From: Orbicella franksi
Lineage: Eukaryota
Length of the DNA: 64,000 nucleotides
Assembly: GCA_964199315.1 (NCBI GenBank)
Contig: OZ116698.1
Span: 21,886,001 to 21,950,000 of the forward strand
Reading direction: 5' to 3'
Position numbers and translations under genes: made by a program. Below, in pieces: positions 11,332 through 25,500 of this stretch; the first letter of the stretch is position 1; every line of letters starts with the position of its first letter. Under the pieces are notes generated by a model, which was given only the letters and a program-made list of their open reading frames with translations, did not search any database and was not told the DNA's origin.

Positions 11332-11912
11332 CAGTAAAAACCCGCGTGTAAGAACCTAGGGATTTAAGAACCTTCAAGCAGAAATTTGCTTTTTTACTAC
11401 CCCAAAATATAAGAACCTGTTTAGCCAAACAAATTCCAACAGGTTCTTATATGTGGGGTTTAACTATTTTATTTATATATTTTTTTTTACCAAAAACCAA
11501 AAAGGTGATCGAGAGTTTAGAAAATTGAATTGTGAAATGAAACTCAAAATGCACAATGTATGTTAAATTTGAACTGTTATTATGAAACAATTATTGCTAC
11601 AATTTACAGAATGTATCATTTCAATGTAATCTTGGCCTTGGTTCAAATGCTCCATGCATGTACCCTCTTGCAGTTTGATCATTGTTTTAATATAACTTTA
11701 ACCAGTAACACAGAGCTATTTATTATTTATAACGAAGAACAGACCAGATTTTATACTATTTTCTGATAATCAACAACAATGTCTGCTCTGTAGAAATTAA
11801 GAACCTAATTAAGAACCTACTTAGCCTAAACTGTCAATAAGTACCCCATAATATAAGGACCTGTTTTGCCAAACTCTGCAAAAAGTAGGTTCTTACACGC
11901 GGGTTTTTACTG
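11332..11912. mobile_element. Tc1/mariner-type MITE with TA TSD
   Basis: Perfect 27-bp TIR CAGTAAAAACCCGCGTGTAAGAACCTA flanked by TA on both sides, plus several internal TAAGAACCT repeats. Confidence 0.9.
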
Positions 11913-11928
11913 TATCACTGGTTTTGGA

Positions 11929-12302
11929 CCCGGGGGGGGGGGGTACTCCCTATAATGGGGAGACTCCGTCCGAAAGGGGTACCGTTTTCGGGCATCAGGT
12001 ATATAAAAGGGGATGAGTTTCACAAATTGAGGTATATGAAAGGGTAGGTAAATCTATAATATAGCTATTTTAAAGGGCCTTTAATTAAAATATTTCGAAC
12101 AGACGCACCTCACGGCTGTTTCATTTAATTTATTGCGGACTACATGAAAATGACAAGAAAACGTCCTTATTGCCGGTTTATTTATAATACGTGCCAGTTT
12201 TGGAAGTATGTGAAAGGGGGTACCTTATTCAATTAAAGGAATACGAAAGGGGTACCCTTCAAAAGGGTAACGGGTTGGACTTTGGGGGAGGGGGGGGGGG
12301 GG
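11929..12302. repeat. Poly-G-flanked interspersed repeat (MITE-like)
   Basis: Poly-G at both ends with repeated AAAGGGGTACC and GGTATATGAAAGGG motifs; resembles an abundant coral repeat from memory. Confidence 0.55.
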
Positions 12303-13977
12303 TTGGAAGACGTGGCACTGACAAACGACCTGAACATTTACTGTTATTCAGATGCAAAAGTCACATTTGTGATGTGAAGGTACTTCCGCAATACAACAAC
12401 AAGATACATCGAGAACAGAGAAAGACAAAACAAGCTACCATTGAAATAACTTTAATTAACAACCCTGATACATGTAAAGCTTGTCTAATAACTGACAAAT
12501 AATTTTTTAATGACTACTTCTTGAAAGGATAAAGCAAAAATAACTTTAACATTTTTATACGTGTTAATCCACACATCGTTTAATCTCAAATTATTCTCTA
12601 AAGTTCCCTGCACAAAAATTGCCCTTCTTATAACAAAACAGTTCGTTAGTAAGTTGATATTTTTCAATACATTCCCTATTGCAAGGTTAACAGGCATCAG
12701 AATAACTAAGTTAATCTCTCGAATCCTGTCTCCGAGATTTGCTCAAGTCGGTTGTCAGTAAAGATGTTGCGTAGAGATGTTGAGTTTCGTATTGTCTGGG
12801 CCATTAAAAGATTCGAAATCTCTTCGTGTCCCTCGGGAAAGTATCGATATTTCAAAGACACTCGTTTCTCGCCTGTTCAGTTATTGGCAGACTGCATGCT
12901 TAGAAAGAAAAAGATCCCCAACAAACTTCTTAGACATTGAAAAATTTGAAAAGGCTAGCTCAGATTATTCAAACCTTAATTGATTTTAAAACTAAAATAA
13001 CGCAAAAAGTGCTCCACGTTAGAAATATAACTTTCCGATAATAATTGCAAAACTAGTGCAGTATAAAACATTTCTCATGGAGGCTATTTATTATTGATCG
13101 AACAACCTATTTGGAATGCTTCCTTTCTTTTATAGATTGTAGGATTTATTTTAACCATCCACTTCATCGAATACCAAAACCGAAATTCAGGTAAAATTTT
13201 TCATTCAGACTCCCCTCATTACCTAGTAATTATTAATAAATGAAATTCAATCGAACTAATAAATCGAAAAAAATCCCTTAAAATACCAACAAGAGTAGTT
13301 AAAGAATAAAGGTTAAATTGAGTGGCCATTAAAAAGCAGAAACATGAAACCATTATGACGTCATCGATTTCCACGCGAGAAGACATTTAAAGACAGACCA
13401 ACGGACAAGCAAGATCTTTGCAAAATACCGGTACTTCAACGTAATAAATTTTGCTTGAGGTGCGAGGAAAACATCCTGTGAAGGTTTTTGCACCTATCAC
13501 TTATCTCGCCCCTTTTTTGGGCTCGTTGAATGTTTGGGCATGGAGCGAAAACGCACTATGCGCTCGAGGTGAAAAACAAATGTCCATTTTTTCTGATCAA
13601 TTTGCGGTGTAAAAAGATGATAGGATTGCTTGACGCTGTCTCTAGAACTAGAATTTTGATCAAATATTTAAATTTCCAATAATGTAGGTATAAAATAAGG
13701 CTTACACAAACGGAGTCTTGGATTGCATTGGACATTACTCTTGTCGGAAATTCTAACCCAGAAATATTATTCCTATGAGAAATCAAAACAACCTTTCTTG
13801 CACTTGAAAGAACAAATTAAATAGAAAGTTTTACCTTTCGGCTTCACACTGGTATTGGCATGCCAAACAAACAAAACAAAGCAAAACAAAAAAAGGAACA
13901 TCTAAGCTTGCCCTGACTACATAGTCAATTGGTCATCGTTTCTATGACTACTGAGGACCTATTCCTCGCGGGTAAGT

Positions 13978-15132
13978 TTATTCCGCTTCGATATCCTCAG
14001 CTTGCACAGTCAATTCAACGTCGTTTCCAAGACTACCGAGATCTGTGATTTGCAAGGAAGTTGATACTTGTTCGCATTCAACCACCGCTTGACCTCCAAC
14101 GTTTTGTGACATTATGACCCCCTGCGACTGATTACTTACTGAATCCGTCAAATCCAGTTCGCGACTCACGACTGATTGAGGCTGACTACCGTCGGAGATA
14201 CCGGCTGCATAGGATGCATCCCCGTTTCCAACGACCTTAGCTTGTTGAGAAGTTGCTACCTGATGAGAACCACCAGATGAAGCAGTTACGTTGAGCCTAC
14301 TTCCCTCCGAGTTGTTAGCTACTTCAACAGAAGCTTGCTGGGAGGCTGCATTTAAAGACGTTTCTCGAACGTCTTGTGAGAACTGTTGCTGAGGGTTACC
14401 GAGAATGGCAGAATTATGCAAACGACCATCAAAGCCACAGGCAGCACCTTCCCGAGCTGAATTTAAAGAGGAGCCTTGAACTTGTGATGAGACTTGTTGC
14501 TGAAGGTTACCGACACTGGCAGAATTATATAAACGACCATCAAAAACGGTGGGTCCCGTCATGAGCCTTTGAAAGGCAAAACCTGAATGTAATCCATTTA
14601 GGCCACTGTAGCTTCCCAACAGCGAGCCACCGAATGCCCCACCAGCTCTTGTTTGAGAAACACCGCCCAAGATACCAACTGATGGTAGAAAGAAATGGTC
14701 ATTGCGTGAGGACGGTAGTGATTGTAAGAAACCACTGCCCCGCGAAGCATCAAATCCACTCAGCGATCGTCCATGGAAAAAAGATGATGGTGAACGGGAC
14801 GAGAAAAGACGCTGACCAGCTGATGCTATGGAGGAAGAACCTGCGATGCCATAACCTCGATTGCTTAGGAATTGATCGTCTCCAACCCAAGAGCCTTGTA
14901 CCTGATGTCGCACATCACTTAAAGACTGGCTTAAAAGGGATCTGGTGTCTCTGGCCTCCCGATTCTGCCTTGCTTTACCGCTTGGACTAAGGGCAATTCG
15001 AGATTTTTCAAACATCCCACCTCGCTGCTGAGCGCTCGAGCTGAGATCCACCATTGATGATATCTGTCTACTGGTGCGACGATTAAGATCAAGGCCCCTT
15101 TCCAGGTTTGAAGAAAACCGTACATTTGTGTT
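13978..15132 (-). CDS. Coiled-coil gene A, terminal exon (Ser/Gly/Gln-rich disordered tail, 384 aa)
   Basis: Acceptor CCTTATCCAG| (phase 0) at 15132 extends ORF 13978..15054 in frame; TAA at 13978-13980. Confidence 0.8.
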   Translation of the reverse strand, partial: NTNVRFSSNLERGLDLNRRTSRQISSMVDLSSSAQQRGGMFEKSRIALSPSGKARQNREARDTRSLLSQSLSDVRHQVQGSWVGDDQFLSNRGYGIAGSSSIASAGQRLFSSRSPSSFFHGRSLSGFDASRGSGFLQSLPSSRNDHFFLPSVGILGGVSQTRAGGAFGGSLLGSYSGLNGLHSGFAFQRLMTGPTVFDGRLYNSASVGNLQQQVSSQVQGSSLNSAREGAACGFDGRLHNSAILGNPQQQFSQDVRETSLNAASQQASVEVANNSEGSRLNVTASSGGSHQVATSQQAKVVGNGDASYAAGISDGSQPQSVVSRELDLTDSVSNQSQGVIMSQNVGGQAVVECEQVSTSLQITDLGSLGNDVELTVQAEDIEAE

Positions 15133-15339
15133 CTGGATAAGGACAACAACAGATTATGCACATTAAGATTAGATTCATTTCTAAATGCTAGTGCTGTTTT
15201 AAATTACATTACTATATCAAAGAACCTCACCACACCATCTACCAGGTGGGTTGAGGGCGAGCGACATAGACGCTTGGTGGTCATGAGACGCGGCGAAAAA
15301 TAAACATAAACATAACTTAAAACTGAGACAGACACCTAC

Positions 15340-15516
15340 ATTCCTCGTTTTTGACTGGAGGGATCTTGTTTGGCGTTCTTCGATGTCGTCCATTCTGTCC
15401 TTTAGAGTGCTCATCTGGCTTTCTAATGCATTCCTTTTCGTTTCCATGGTGAAGTTGTTGTCATTCAGAAACTCAGTCCCTTCAGAAGAGTACCTCAAGG
15501 AAACAGGGGTGTGATC
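15340..15516 (-). CDS. Coiled-coil gene A, middle exon (59 aa)
   Basis: Acceptor GTTGTAATGCAG|GATCAC, donor AAT|GTAGGT, 177 nt, phases 0-0; short coiled coil KRNALESQMSTLKDRMDDIEER. Confidence 0.75.
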
Positions 15517-15815
15517 CTGCATTACAACATGAGGAGTATCAATATCGAACACTTCATATACATATTGTAAAAGATAAGAAAGTCAAGTCTCACCACAAAG
15601 GGAGCCGTGAATCATAAAGTATAAATGTGGAATGGAATGTGGACTGTGCATGGAGGCATAAGTAGGACAGTCTCGTAAGACCTTTGTCCAGCCACCATGA
15701 CAAATTGTCCCGACCTGAAGACAACTCAAGATATTTTAAAGTAGTAAGAAAAGAGCGTCTGTTAGCTCAATCTTTAGCACATTAAAATAAGAGGATAAGT
15801 AAGTTCAAAACTCAC

Positions 15816-18800
15816 CAATTTCTTGGAGATCACCATCGATGACTGCAACTGAGCAGTAGTTGCCTGTAGCCTCCTTTTTAGATCAACAATTCGCCTTTTG
15901 TATTTTTCTTCTAGACGATCCCTTTCCCGATCAAAGTCTTCTTGCATCTGAACTTTCTCTTGCTTGTAACTGACTTTGATGTCAGATTTCTCTTTCTTCA
16001 ACAACTCCACTTCTTGCTCAAGATCATAGATTCTATCTTCCATCTGTTTAGTCCCTCGTAAAAATCTCATTTCTAGATCCGTCTCAGATTTAAAGAGCGA
16101 TTCCTTCCTTGCAGATACACTTTTGTCTATAAGAAGACTGTAAGTGCTTTTTACTCCTTGACTAGAAAGCTTAAGCTGAATTTGCTTTCGCTGCTCTTGC
16201 AAGGAAGTAATCTCTTTCCTCAGTACACGTAGAGTTTCTTCGTATTTCTCCCTTTCTTTGTCCAGGGCAACTCGATATTCCATCTGCAGACTTTCTCTAA
16301 GTTGACTCTCTATGCTTGTTGCATCTTGCTCAAGCTCCGTTTTCTTATATTCGAATTTAACTTCCAACTGGTGTACTTCTCTCCGATGTTTTTCCTCCAT
16401 GCTCCGAATCTTGCTTTCGGTCACATTAAGCTTCCTCCTTAGGTCGTTCGTTGCGTTTTGGCCATCTTCTCTCTCTTTTCGTAGTATATTGCACTCGTCC
16501 GTCACCTTTGCCACGGTCTCTTTTATCTCTGCGATTCGGCTGTTGCTGTTCCCTCTTTCTTTTTTAATTTTGTTCAGAAGAGTCTCCTTGTCACGCTTCA
16601 GCTTCTTTACTTCTTCTATTAATTTATGGATGGTGTTATGGAGCACTCTACTCTCTCCTTCCCTGCCTCGGGTAGAGTTTCGCCTCTCTTCTTGTAACTC
16701 TCTTTTGAGGTTTTGTTTCTCATTTTCAAAGGCTTCCATTTGAGTTTTGATCTGCCTTCGTAGCTCGTCCATCTGTTCTTTGTGATCTCTAACTAGATCA
16801 GCCATACCTCCGCCTCCGTCTTGATAAGTTGCTACATCTGAAGTATTTCTAAGGCACGTGACCATTTCAACTGACTCTTTGGTTTCCCTAGAGCCCATTT
16901 TCTTAAGTTGCTCGATTTGATTGTCATAATCATCTATTTTACGTCTGAACTCCTCTTCAATCTCAGTTTTAAACTTCTTTATTTTTTGCCCGTGCTCGTA
17001 CTCCAGATCATCAATTTTTCGGCTGTGATTTCTTTCTGTGTCACGGAGCGTCTCTTTCAATTCCTTATTTTCACTTCTTAAAACATCTATCGTGCCCCTC
17101 AAATCGGATATCGTTTGATGAGAGGCAGAACTCACCCCCGGTTGATTTCCATTAAATTCACCGTTACCCAAAGTAACCTGATTGGTTACAAGTTCATTAC
17201 TGCCCGCGTTGTGTTGCCGAAGTCTATCCTCTATTTCATTTATTCGCCTTTCCATTGTTTTTCGCTCCTCTTCAAAGCGCCGTCTGTACGTTTCCTTCTC
17301 ATTTTCAAACTCGCTTCGAATTCGTTGTTTCTCTTCTTCTAAAATTCTGATTTCCTCATCGTATTTCCGTTTCCTCTCATATAAAGTGGTTTCAAGTTGC
17401 TCCGTCTGCTTCTTAAAAACCTCAACACTCTTGTCAAGTTCATCTTTCACAGTCTTGGCCCTGCCTCTCTCAAAGTTAATTTCCTCCGTTAGCTGAGTAG
17501 TTATTTCACTCTTTTTCCTCTCCAGACGCTCGTTTGCTCTTTCCAAGTCATAAATCTTAGTCTCGAAGGAACTTATCTCAGCCTCCATGCTTCTATTGAT
17601 TTTCACCTGCTCGTTGTACTTTTTCTCGATCATTTCCCTTTCGTTTACGATGTCGTTGATTTGCGACGTCTTGTCTTTGCTGTAATTCCTCACCCAGTCC
17701 TCTTTTTCATTTCTGAAGTTCTCTTCCATTTGCCGGATCTTCCTGGAGAGGTTGTCAACGTCCTCGGTAAGTCGTTTGTTCTTATCTTCGACCTGCTGCA
17801 CGCTCGACAGTGAATTGTCCAGTTCCTTTACCAGTTCTCTCTGTTTACGGATCATTTCATCTTTCTTAAAAGTGAGCTCTTCGACCTCCTCGGACAGCTC
17901 CGTAACTCTGTGCTCCAATTCCGTCTTTTTCTTGACATCTCGCTCGAGTACTCGGCAATTTTCCCTAAGCTCATTTATTTCGGCTACGAGATCATTCGAA
18001 TTTTGTCTACTGCTTGTATGTGACGTTTCACCCAAGTCACGATCATAACTGTGCTTGATATGTGTGGTATTAGAGGCTCCACCGCCGATATTATGCTCCA
18101 GCAAGTCGTTTATCTGGTACAAAAGTTTCTTGTTTTCCTCCTCTAGTCTCTCCTTCTTTCGAACCTCGTCGCCCAGTTTTCGTTTCCACTCTTCATCCGT
18201 TGACAGCGTTCGAGGCTCACTGGAAACAAGCTGAGCACCTGAGTGCGTTTGTTGCGCCCCGTTCGACTGCATCATCACCTGATTCACAGCAGGGCCACTG
18301 AGAAAGGAAACAATTTGTTCTCTTTCTTTCTCAAATTGGATCTTCAGTTCTTGAGCTTCATGAAAGAACCTGGCCTCCATGTCCTTTTTCTGTTTGCCAG
18401 ATTCTATCAATTCGCCCATCAGTCGCTCAATTTCCATCGATAATTCCGCTTTACTCTGGATTTGCTCTTCCAAATTTCGTTGCAGCTCGCTGACATCTCG
18501 TGAGTAGCTCTCTTCTAGCGCTGTCCTTTCGTCAATAACTTCATTTTCCGTCTTGTAGGCTTCCTCTATCTTGAGAAGTATTTCTTTCCTTTCTTCCTCT
18601 AGCTTACGATTGTTTTCGTCTAGCTGACGGGTTTGTTCTTGAAGTTGTTTGTTGCTGGCAATTTCCATCTCAAGTTTGATCTCCACTTGGTGAATTTCTT
18701 CCTCGTAGGCCTGTTTTATTTGCGACATTTGAAGTTCGTAGTCTTCTACGACTGTAGATTTGGAATACAGCTCATTTTCTAAAACCTTACTCTCTCTCTT

Positions 18801-19559
18801 GTACTCTCTGAGATTATCTTCGGCTTTTTTGTTCACTTCCTCGAGAAGTCGTTCCTGTTCACGGGTACATCTTTCTAATTCCCTCACACGATCTTCGAGT
18901 TTTGCCTTTTCCCTTTCTAGCCTTACAACGTCTTCTTCGAGCCACCTTTGTTTTTCGCTGCCATTTCCAGACACTCTTTCCTCCAATATGACTTTGCTAT
19001 TTTCCTGTTTGTCTATCAAATCGATGATCTGTTTAAAAAGCTCGTTCTCCTGTGCCAAGAGGGCCACCTCCTGCTTGTACATCTCAGTGTTCACCGCAAC
19101 TGAACTGTCGCTTGTAGAGCTGGTAATGAAGACTCCGCCACTGCTACCTAGCGAGGCTCCTACCAACCCGCCCGCTGTCATCGTTGCTGTGCCCGAACTG
19201 ACCCTTGTCTGTATGGCTGTCCTGAGGTGTCCGAACTGTGATTTAAGGTGGCTGTTCTCGAGCCGGAGTGTCTGTAGCTCTTCCTCGTAACTCGAGAGGT
19301 TCCTTGAAAGCTCGTAGAGCTTCTCCTCAAAATGGATCTTTTGGTCAAATTCGTGATGGAGTTTAATCTCCAGAGATTCCCTGTCTCTCTTTTCCCGTTC
19401 GTATCTCAGACGGAGGTCATCTCGGTCTCTAACCAACTGTCCCAAGTCGCTCTCGTAGAAAATAGAGTCAAAGTCAAGCTGTGGATCTTCTTGGAAGTCC
19501 AAGTAAGTCTCGGCTACCAAGTCCTTGGTCAATTCAGGGTCTTGCTCCCCGGAGTCCAT
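15816..19559 (-). CDS. Coiled-coil gene A, giant exon (1248 aa), uncharacterised long coiled-coil protein
   Basis: 3.7-kb open frame rich in E/K/R/L/Q. Acceptor CCCAACAG| lies 8 nt before the ATG; donor TTG|GTGAGT at 15816 is phase 0. Confidence 0.9.
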
Positions 19560-22500
19560 GGCCGATTCTGTTGGGTTAGATTTGAATTTATTCTTAATGG
19601 TGGTGGTAATTGAATATAATTAATTAAGATACAAAAAGTATATCACAAATTAGGCTACAAATATTGTGCAAATTTTTTTCCAGTACCCAGCACGACAACT
19701 GAGAAATTTTTTTTTGGTTAATGAGCAATTCCCCTCGCCTGTGTTCTGTAACATGATCAATTAAATGTGCAGATGGGTGTTATTCCCCATAAGACTGAAT
19801 TATATTATGTTAACGCCTGATCTACTACTATCACAAAAGGGAGAAAGTTGGCTTGCTCTTAGTCTTGGTTTTTACTTGTTTTCTGTTTTCAATCAACTCT
19901 GACAGCGGAATGTTTTGCTACCCTACATGAGAACAACACACTGTTAACAAATACTTTTGAATAAGTCCAGTTAACGGCGGAAGCTAACAAAAGAAGCGAA
20001 CCTTTTTGAGAATTAAAACTGGCAGCGATTAATTATCGACGTTATTACAAATGCTTCAAAACATAGAAATCTGTTGATGATATTTTAAAATTAATTTTAC
20101 TTAGGAAAAGGGTGAATTCGATTGTTTAGACGTTGCCGCTGTGTCGTTCTTATTAACTGGTAGTCCAACCGGTGACTGCATTCAGTCAGAGCACCTAATT
20201 TATTGAAAAAAAAAAAAAAAAAAAAAAAACTTAAAGCTTGGTATAACAAAATAAGTTAATCCCTTCAGTCGCCATGTCCTTAGCAACGGTTGTACTAACG
20301 AGTGTGTTTCATTTTCAGACAAGAACTCGTCCCCCAGTTTCCTATAACTGTTGAACAATTCCATTGTTTTAACTTAGTCCGCGCACTCTGCAGGAAAATG
20401 TATTCTCTTTGTTGCAAAAGCATAAAACTTTCCATGAATTTTCAGCAAGGTGTCACAGTCGTCAAGTACGTGATACTTTGGGCAAAGTGGGTTGCTTATT
20501 GAGATGAAATAGCTGTCAGAGTTTCCAGACCAACCTCGTTCTAGTAAACTATTTGGGAATATGCAATTGAGACTGAAATAAATGGAACATTTTTTTTCGG
20601 ATCAAGATATTTAAGCTTTATTATCTGTTTCGAATTCATGGGTGACCTGAATCTTAGAACTGGTCTATCCATTGCCAAATCCAACAATATACGATTTGGG
20701 ATTGTTCTCAGGCGACAGTGGTTACCTAACATATGTTACCGCATTCAAACTGCTGCAAATTGATCAGTGTGCGTGACGAGTAATGAGAATTCACCCAGCC
20801 AAATACACAATCATAACGACATTCTGAATTTTGATTTATGATAACGCCTTTCTTCCTTTCCACAGAAACTTGAATATAAAGAACATATGTGGAAGAAATC
20901 ACTGGAACAAGATACCACTGAAAGAGATATTTTCCCGATCCCTTTATTATCTAGATATTAAATTGGAATAATTCAGATATAACTATTTGCAATCTTCATT
21001 TACGTACACCTACCTGTGCTGATTACCAGCAGCTCTCTGAAGCCCCGATGCAGGAGTGAAATACCTCAGAGTTCAACCGAATGGTTCACTCTCCTATGCC
21101 GAGGCAAATAAACTTCCCAAGAGTGCGATTTCTTAGGATGAGAAAAAATAAATCCGTATGGACGCCAATTTAAACTCGCGCTAGAGACAATAATCCAGAC
21201 TTGAAAAGAAATACTGGTTGTGGTTAAAACAGAGCGCTTCGATTGGTCGGTGAAAATAGTAAATCAAAACATACTGACTTAAAAGGAAATGGTTTTGACT
21301 TCGGCTTTTGTCGCTGACATCCCCGACAGGGACTGCCAAGACGTTTGCGGTTTGAAATCAATGCCAGAATCCCACTGGTGAGTGTTCAAGGAGACCGTAA
21401 GAAACTTCTCTGTTGACGTCCTGGGGTTGACGTATGGCAAAATGAGTAAACTGCTGAAAGAAATTATAAAACTGGGAAACTTTGGCCATTGCCGATGCTT
21501 CAACAGTACTGAATAACAAACTCTGCATGAAACTATTGTAGCTATTGCAGTAATCAATCAGGTTGCAATCCCCTTCAAAGAAAATAAGATCAAGGTGTTC
21601 TCTGATGAAGTAAACCAGATAAATTCCGTGGTCGACATTAATTGACACTGCAAGTCGAAAGAATCTTAAGGACGTATTACAATGATTTCCTTACGCTATA
21701 CGCTAATCATTCTTAGTTACTAGCGATACAGACATTCAAACGAAACTTATTGTTTTACTAGTTTGGGGATGTTTTCTTTTTTTTTTCTTTTTTCTACGAA
21801 AGTTATTATATTTTTTTACGTTCTGGAGAGTTCTTTACTGACACTACGAAGAGTCGATCACGAGACCGAAAACAAGGCACGGGCGCGTAGGTCAGCGCAC
21901 GTGGACCTGTTTGTCTTAAACATTTTTTTTTTACATTTGAAGCTTGGGCACTCTTGCAAGTGAAAGGTATTCGTTCGTAACGACCTCATATTGATCGCTT
22001 CCCCGCGTGACTTCAGCAACGGGGGATGAAAGTGTTACGCCTGGACCACAGAAGGTTAGAACAATTAACATTTTAGCGAAAAGCATTAAAATCACTCAGA
22101 AGAGAGACCAAAGCACCGGAAATAAACCAATACTGTCTAGTGCAAGTTGATGGCGAGTGACAACTGAAGCGAAAAAAAGCAAAAAAAAAAAAAAGCAAAA
22201 AAAAAAATGAAGTGTCCCCATGGGGCCGTTTCTTTTTCTCGTGGCCTAGATTCCTGAGTTCAGTCTATCTTTAGCTTAAGCTCCATATAGCAAACTTAAG
22301 TTGAGGGTATGACCATTACTGGGTGCACAGAGCCGTTGAAAGCGAAAAGAAAAACGAAGATGTCAGAACTTCTCTCTGGATGATTCACGTCATCGAAGCA
22401 GATGTTCCCAGATTTCGGCCACAAGACTTATGTTTGCAGCCATCTTGTAATGGTTTGAAACCCCCTGAGCGCTTTCACACAACAATGCTTACAAATTCAC

Positions 22501-25500
22501 CCACAGCCGCCACTGACAAAGTGATGAACATGCACTAAAACGTCCGCGAGTGTTAAGGACATTCAAAAACTAAAAACTGAAACCCACAAAAAACAAGCAC
22601 ATTTTACTCATTTATAGTTCGTCTACGAGAAACCGAGATATGCGGAGGGCTGATCTGAATGGATCTGAGGTGGCCTGCGGGGCATGATGAGGAGAAGTAA
22701 GATGGAACCTTCAAGGGAAATCATAAAGGCTTCGAGTTATCGGGAGTTCGAGTTATCACTGAATTTGGAAAGAATGACCCAAAATTAAGCAATAAAACGG
22801 TGTTTTCATGCTTTATTACTTACGAGTCAAATACTGTGCAGAACATTTTAATCAGGTTTATCACGGAGAACCAGCAAAACTGAAAAGAAACTTTGATAGC
22901 AAAGCCAGTCATCCACGTACCAAAGTCCATTGGAATAAGAAAAAGCCTAGCAGTAGAGGAACACTGTTGGGGTTACTGCAGAACGTCGTTGCTGCGATTT
23001 TTCACATAAAACGTCTTTGAGTAGTCCCTGACGCTTTCCAGCTCAATCAAATTCCTGTCCTGATTTTGGACTGAGAGCTTTGACCCATTAGACTTTGCAA
23101 TAAGAGGTTCGATTTATGGAGGGTAAAATTACGCGTAAAATGACCTGTTGGGAAGCCGAATCACTACGAAACAACGGGAGGCTCGAGTTACTGAGCGTTA
23201 AATTACAGTAAATATGAAAATAGAATCGTGAGGAACTCGATTTTGGATGGAATTAACATTTGATTCGAGTTGCAAGAGGTTCGCGTTAACTGTAATGCTT
23301 TCAACATTGTTTTGATTCTTTTAAATTGCACTCGCCTGAAGGCTGATGCAATTTTGAGAGAATTTTAAAATATCACTGGTAGTGTAAACCCTTAATTGCA
23401 CTCGCATTCACACGATTACCCATAATAATTCACCAACACAGCGCAAAAATTCAAGGTCTTGTGTGTGAACCACAACGCCTCGATTGGGTGACTTTGTCCC
23501 AGTGCAGCTCTGGAAACGAAAATTCTGTTTAGCTTTCTGATTTGACTTCAATCTGGGTTATCCAACGAAAAATAACAGGCAAAAACCCTTGATTTTCGGT
23601 TGGCTTTGAAAACCAAGTCTGAAATGGAGATCGACACCTTTACAACGGCGAAAACATCCGTTCATGTTTATTTAGATTGCTCCCAATTTCCCGATCTGTT
23701 TGTGAAAGATACCTCGTTAAAAAATAAAAAAAATATAGCAAAAAAGAGAGCATCAGAAAAGGTAATCTGTACAGAAAATCTACAGTGTTTACGGACGAAG
23801 CATCTGTGTTAGCGTCATTATTGATTTGATTTGGTCCAGCAAACTATATAAAATGTGTATTGTGCTTGGAACAATGGAGTGGATTTCATTGGTACGTGTT
23901 AAAAAAAAAAAAGAAAGAAATAAAACCGAACACAGAGCAAGTCGATGTTCAATTTTGTGAAGAATAATCAGGAATCACGCCATGTTTGGTCAGCCATGCG
24001 ACTAAATCAACACCGTTTGATTCAACTTTGTCATCGGTATAGAGTATTTCCACATGCTGTCATGGTAACCATGTTGGTGTTACCAAACATTAAAATTTCT
24101 TTCCTATGGAAAGTGAGTTCTTTTCTTATGTAAAAGTCTACTATTGTGTGGGAACCGCCATGAAACTCTATTACGTCATTGTAAGAAAACAACGCGCGCC
24201 GTGGAGGTGAACAGATGAACATGCCACTCATTTATGACAGAACATAAAGCCGTGCAACCTTTCTTGAAGGCTAAAACCTAACTACACCAATATTGGCATT
24301 GCCTTAAACATGAAATCTGAGACCTTTTATTTCTGAGACATTTTTGTTTGCTCTGAGGCTTTTTGTACCTTATTTGAACAGCAAGCAAGTCAGTTTACAA
24401 TTTACATGCTTCCCCTTAAAGAGGTTTCTAACAAAAGGTGGTATATTGCGAAATTTTACGCGTATTTTCTTGTACAAATATAAAAATATTTGCTTTGGAC
24501 AGCTTTAAGTGCCTTCGCTTATTTAATGTCGCAATCCCAACATTTCACTATTTAATAAATCAAACTTTGTCTGCTCTTAGACCTTCATGGATTACACGAG
24601 ACAGCAAAGCCTTATCCAAACCTTTTCTTGAACTAGAAGATTTGAAGCTCGAACACTTTTGAACGCAGTAACTCAGTTTTGTATACTATGAATTTGATTT
24701 ATTTTCCATCATTCAAATTAACAGCTACACGAAAGCTGGTCACACAGTAGCGTGGGTATGACAAGCTGTAATTGAAGCTTAACAGAGTGACTTCTTTTTT
24801 CATGGTCGGAATCCTTTCTACGAAACGTTCCTAACTATAGGGTTGCTATGCAACTTGAATCATTATGATGACGACAAACTGACGTGTGGTGGCCATTTCT
24901 TATTGGACAATACGAATCTGTCAATCTGTGAAACTTCAAATGTGTTTGGCTAGAGCACAACAAAACACAACCCAGTCTAAACGATTGCTGTTTTTTTTTG
25001 CGGCTTTTCAATGTTTCTGATTTGTTTCCTTCTCCCAACGGGCACTAAAACAAGAAGAGGTTTTTGATATTTTTTTGATAATTGCTTATCTTGCTCAACG
25101 TTACACCACAACGAATTTTAAATACTGAGTACAAGCCAATCCCACGTTACCATCAAATGACGAAGATTTTTCATAATAAATGTTATGATTAAACACTGGA
25201 AAAGCAAACAATAACCTCTGAAAGAAAACGCCAGATTGCAAACGAGAAAAAGGGGAAAATGTTCATTCGATGAAATCACATAACTGGAATAAAGCGTTTA
25301 CTGCGTGAGTAAAAACGCTTTCATAGTTTCACGGTTTTACAGTTTACAAATCCAGAAAACTTCGCACGAAAAATCCCGCGTTTAATCAACTTGACGGAAG
25401 CCAAGATTCAACATAAATTAACATAATGTGGTTGTTTGCGTTTGGCCACCGACCATTTAGTTATTAATAATTATTAATGTACTCCGTTAACATGGCAGAA

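Noticed and set aside
16312-19613. + strand ORFs overlapping gene A
   Set aside because: Ser/Leu/Phe-rich antisense shadows of GAA/AAA-rich coiled-coil codons.
21014-21093. Candidate upstream exon of gene A (TAG| ... CAG|GTAGGT on -)
   Set aside because: It has a stop in the required frame; it could be UTR but is unsupported without transcripts.
21279-21648. Two overlapping 92-96-aa - strand ORFs
   Set aside because: No recognisable motif or convincing splice sites.
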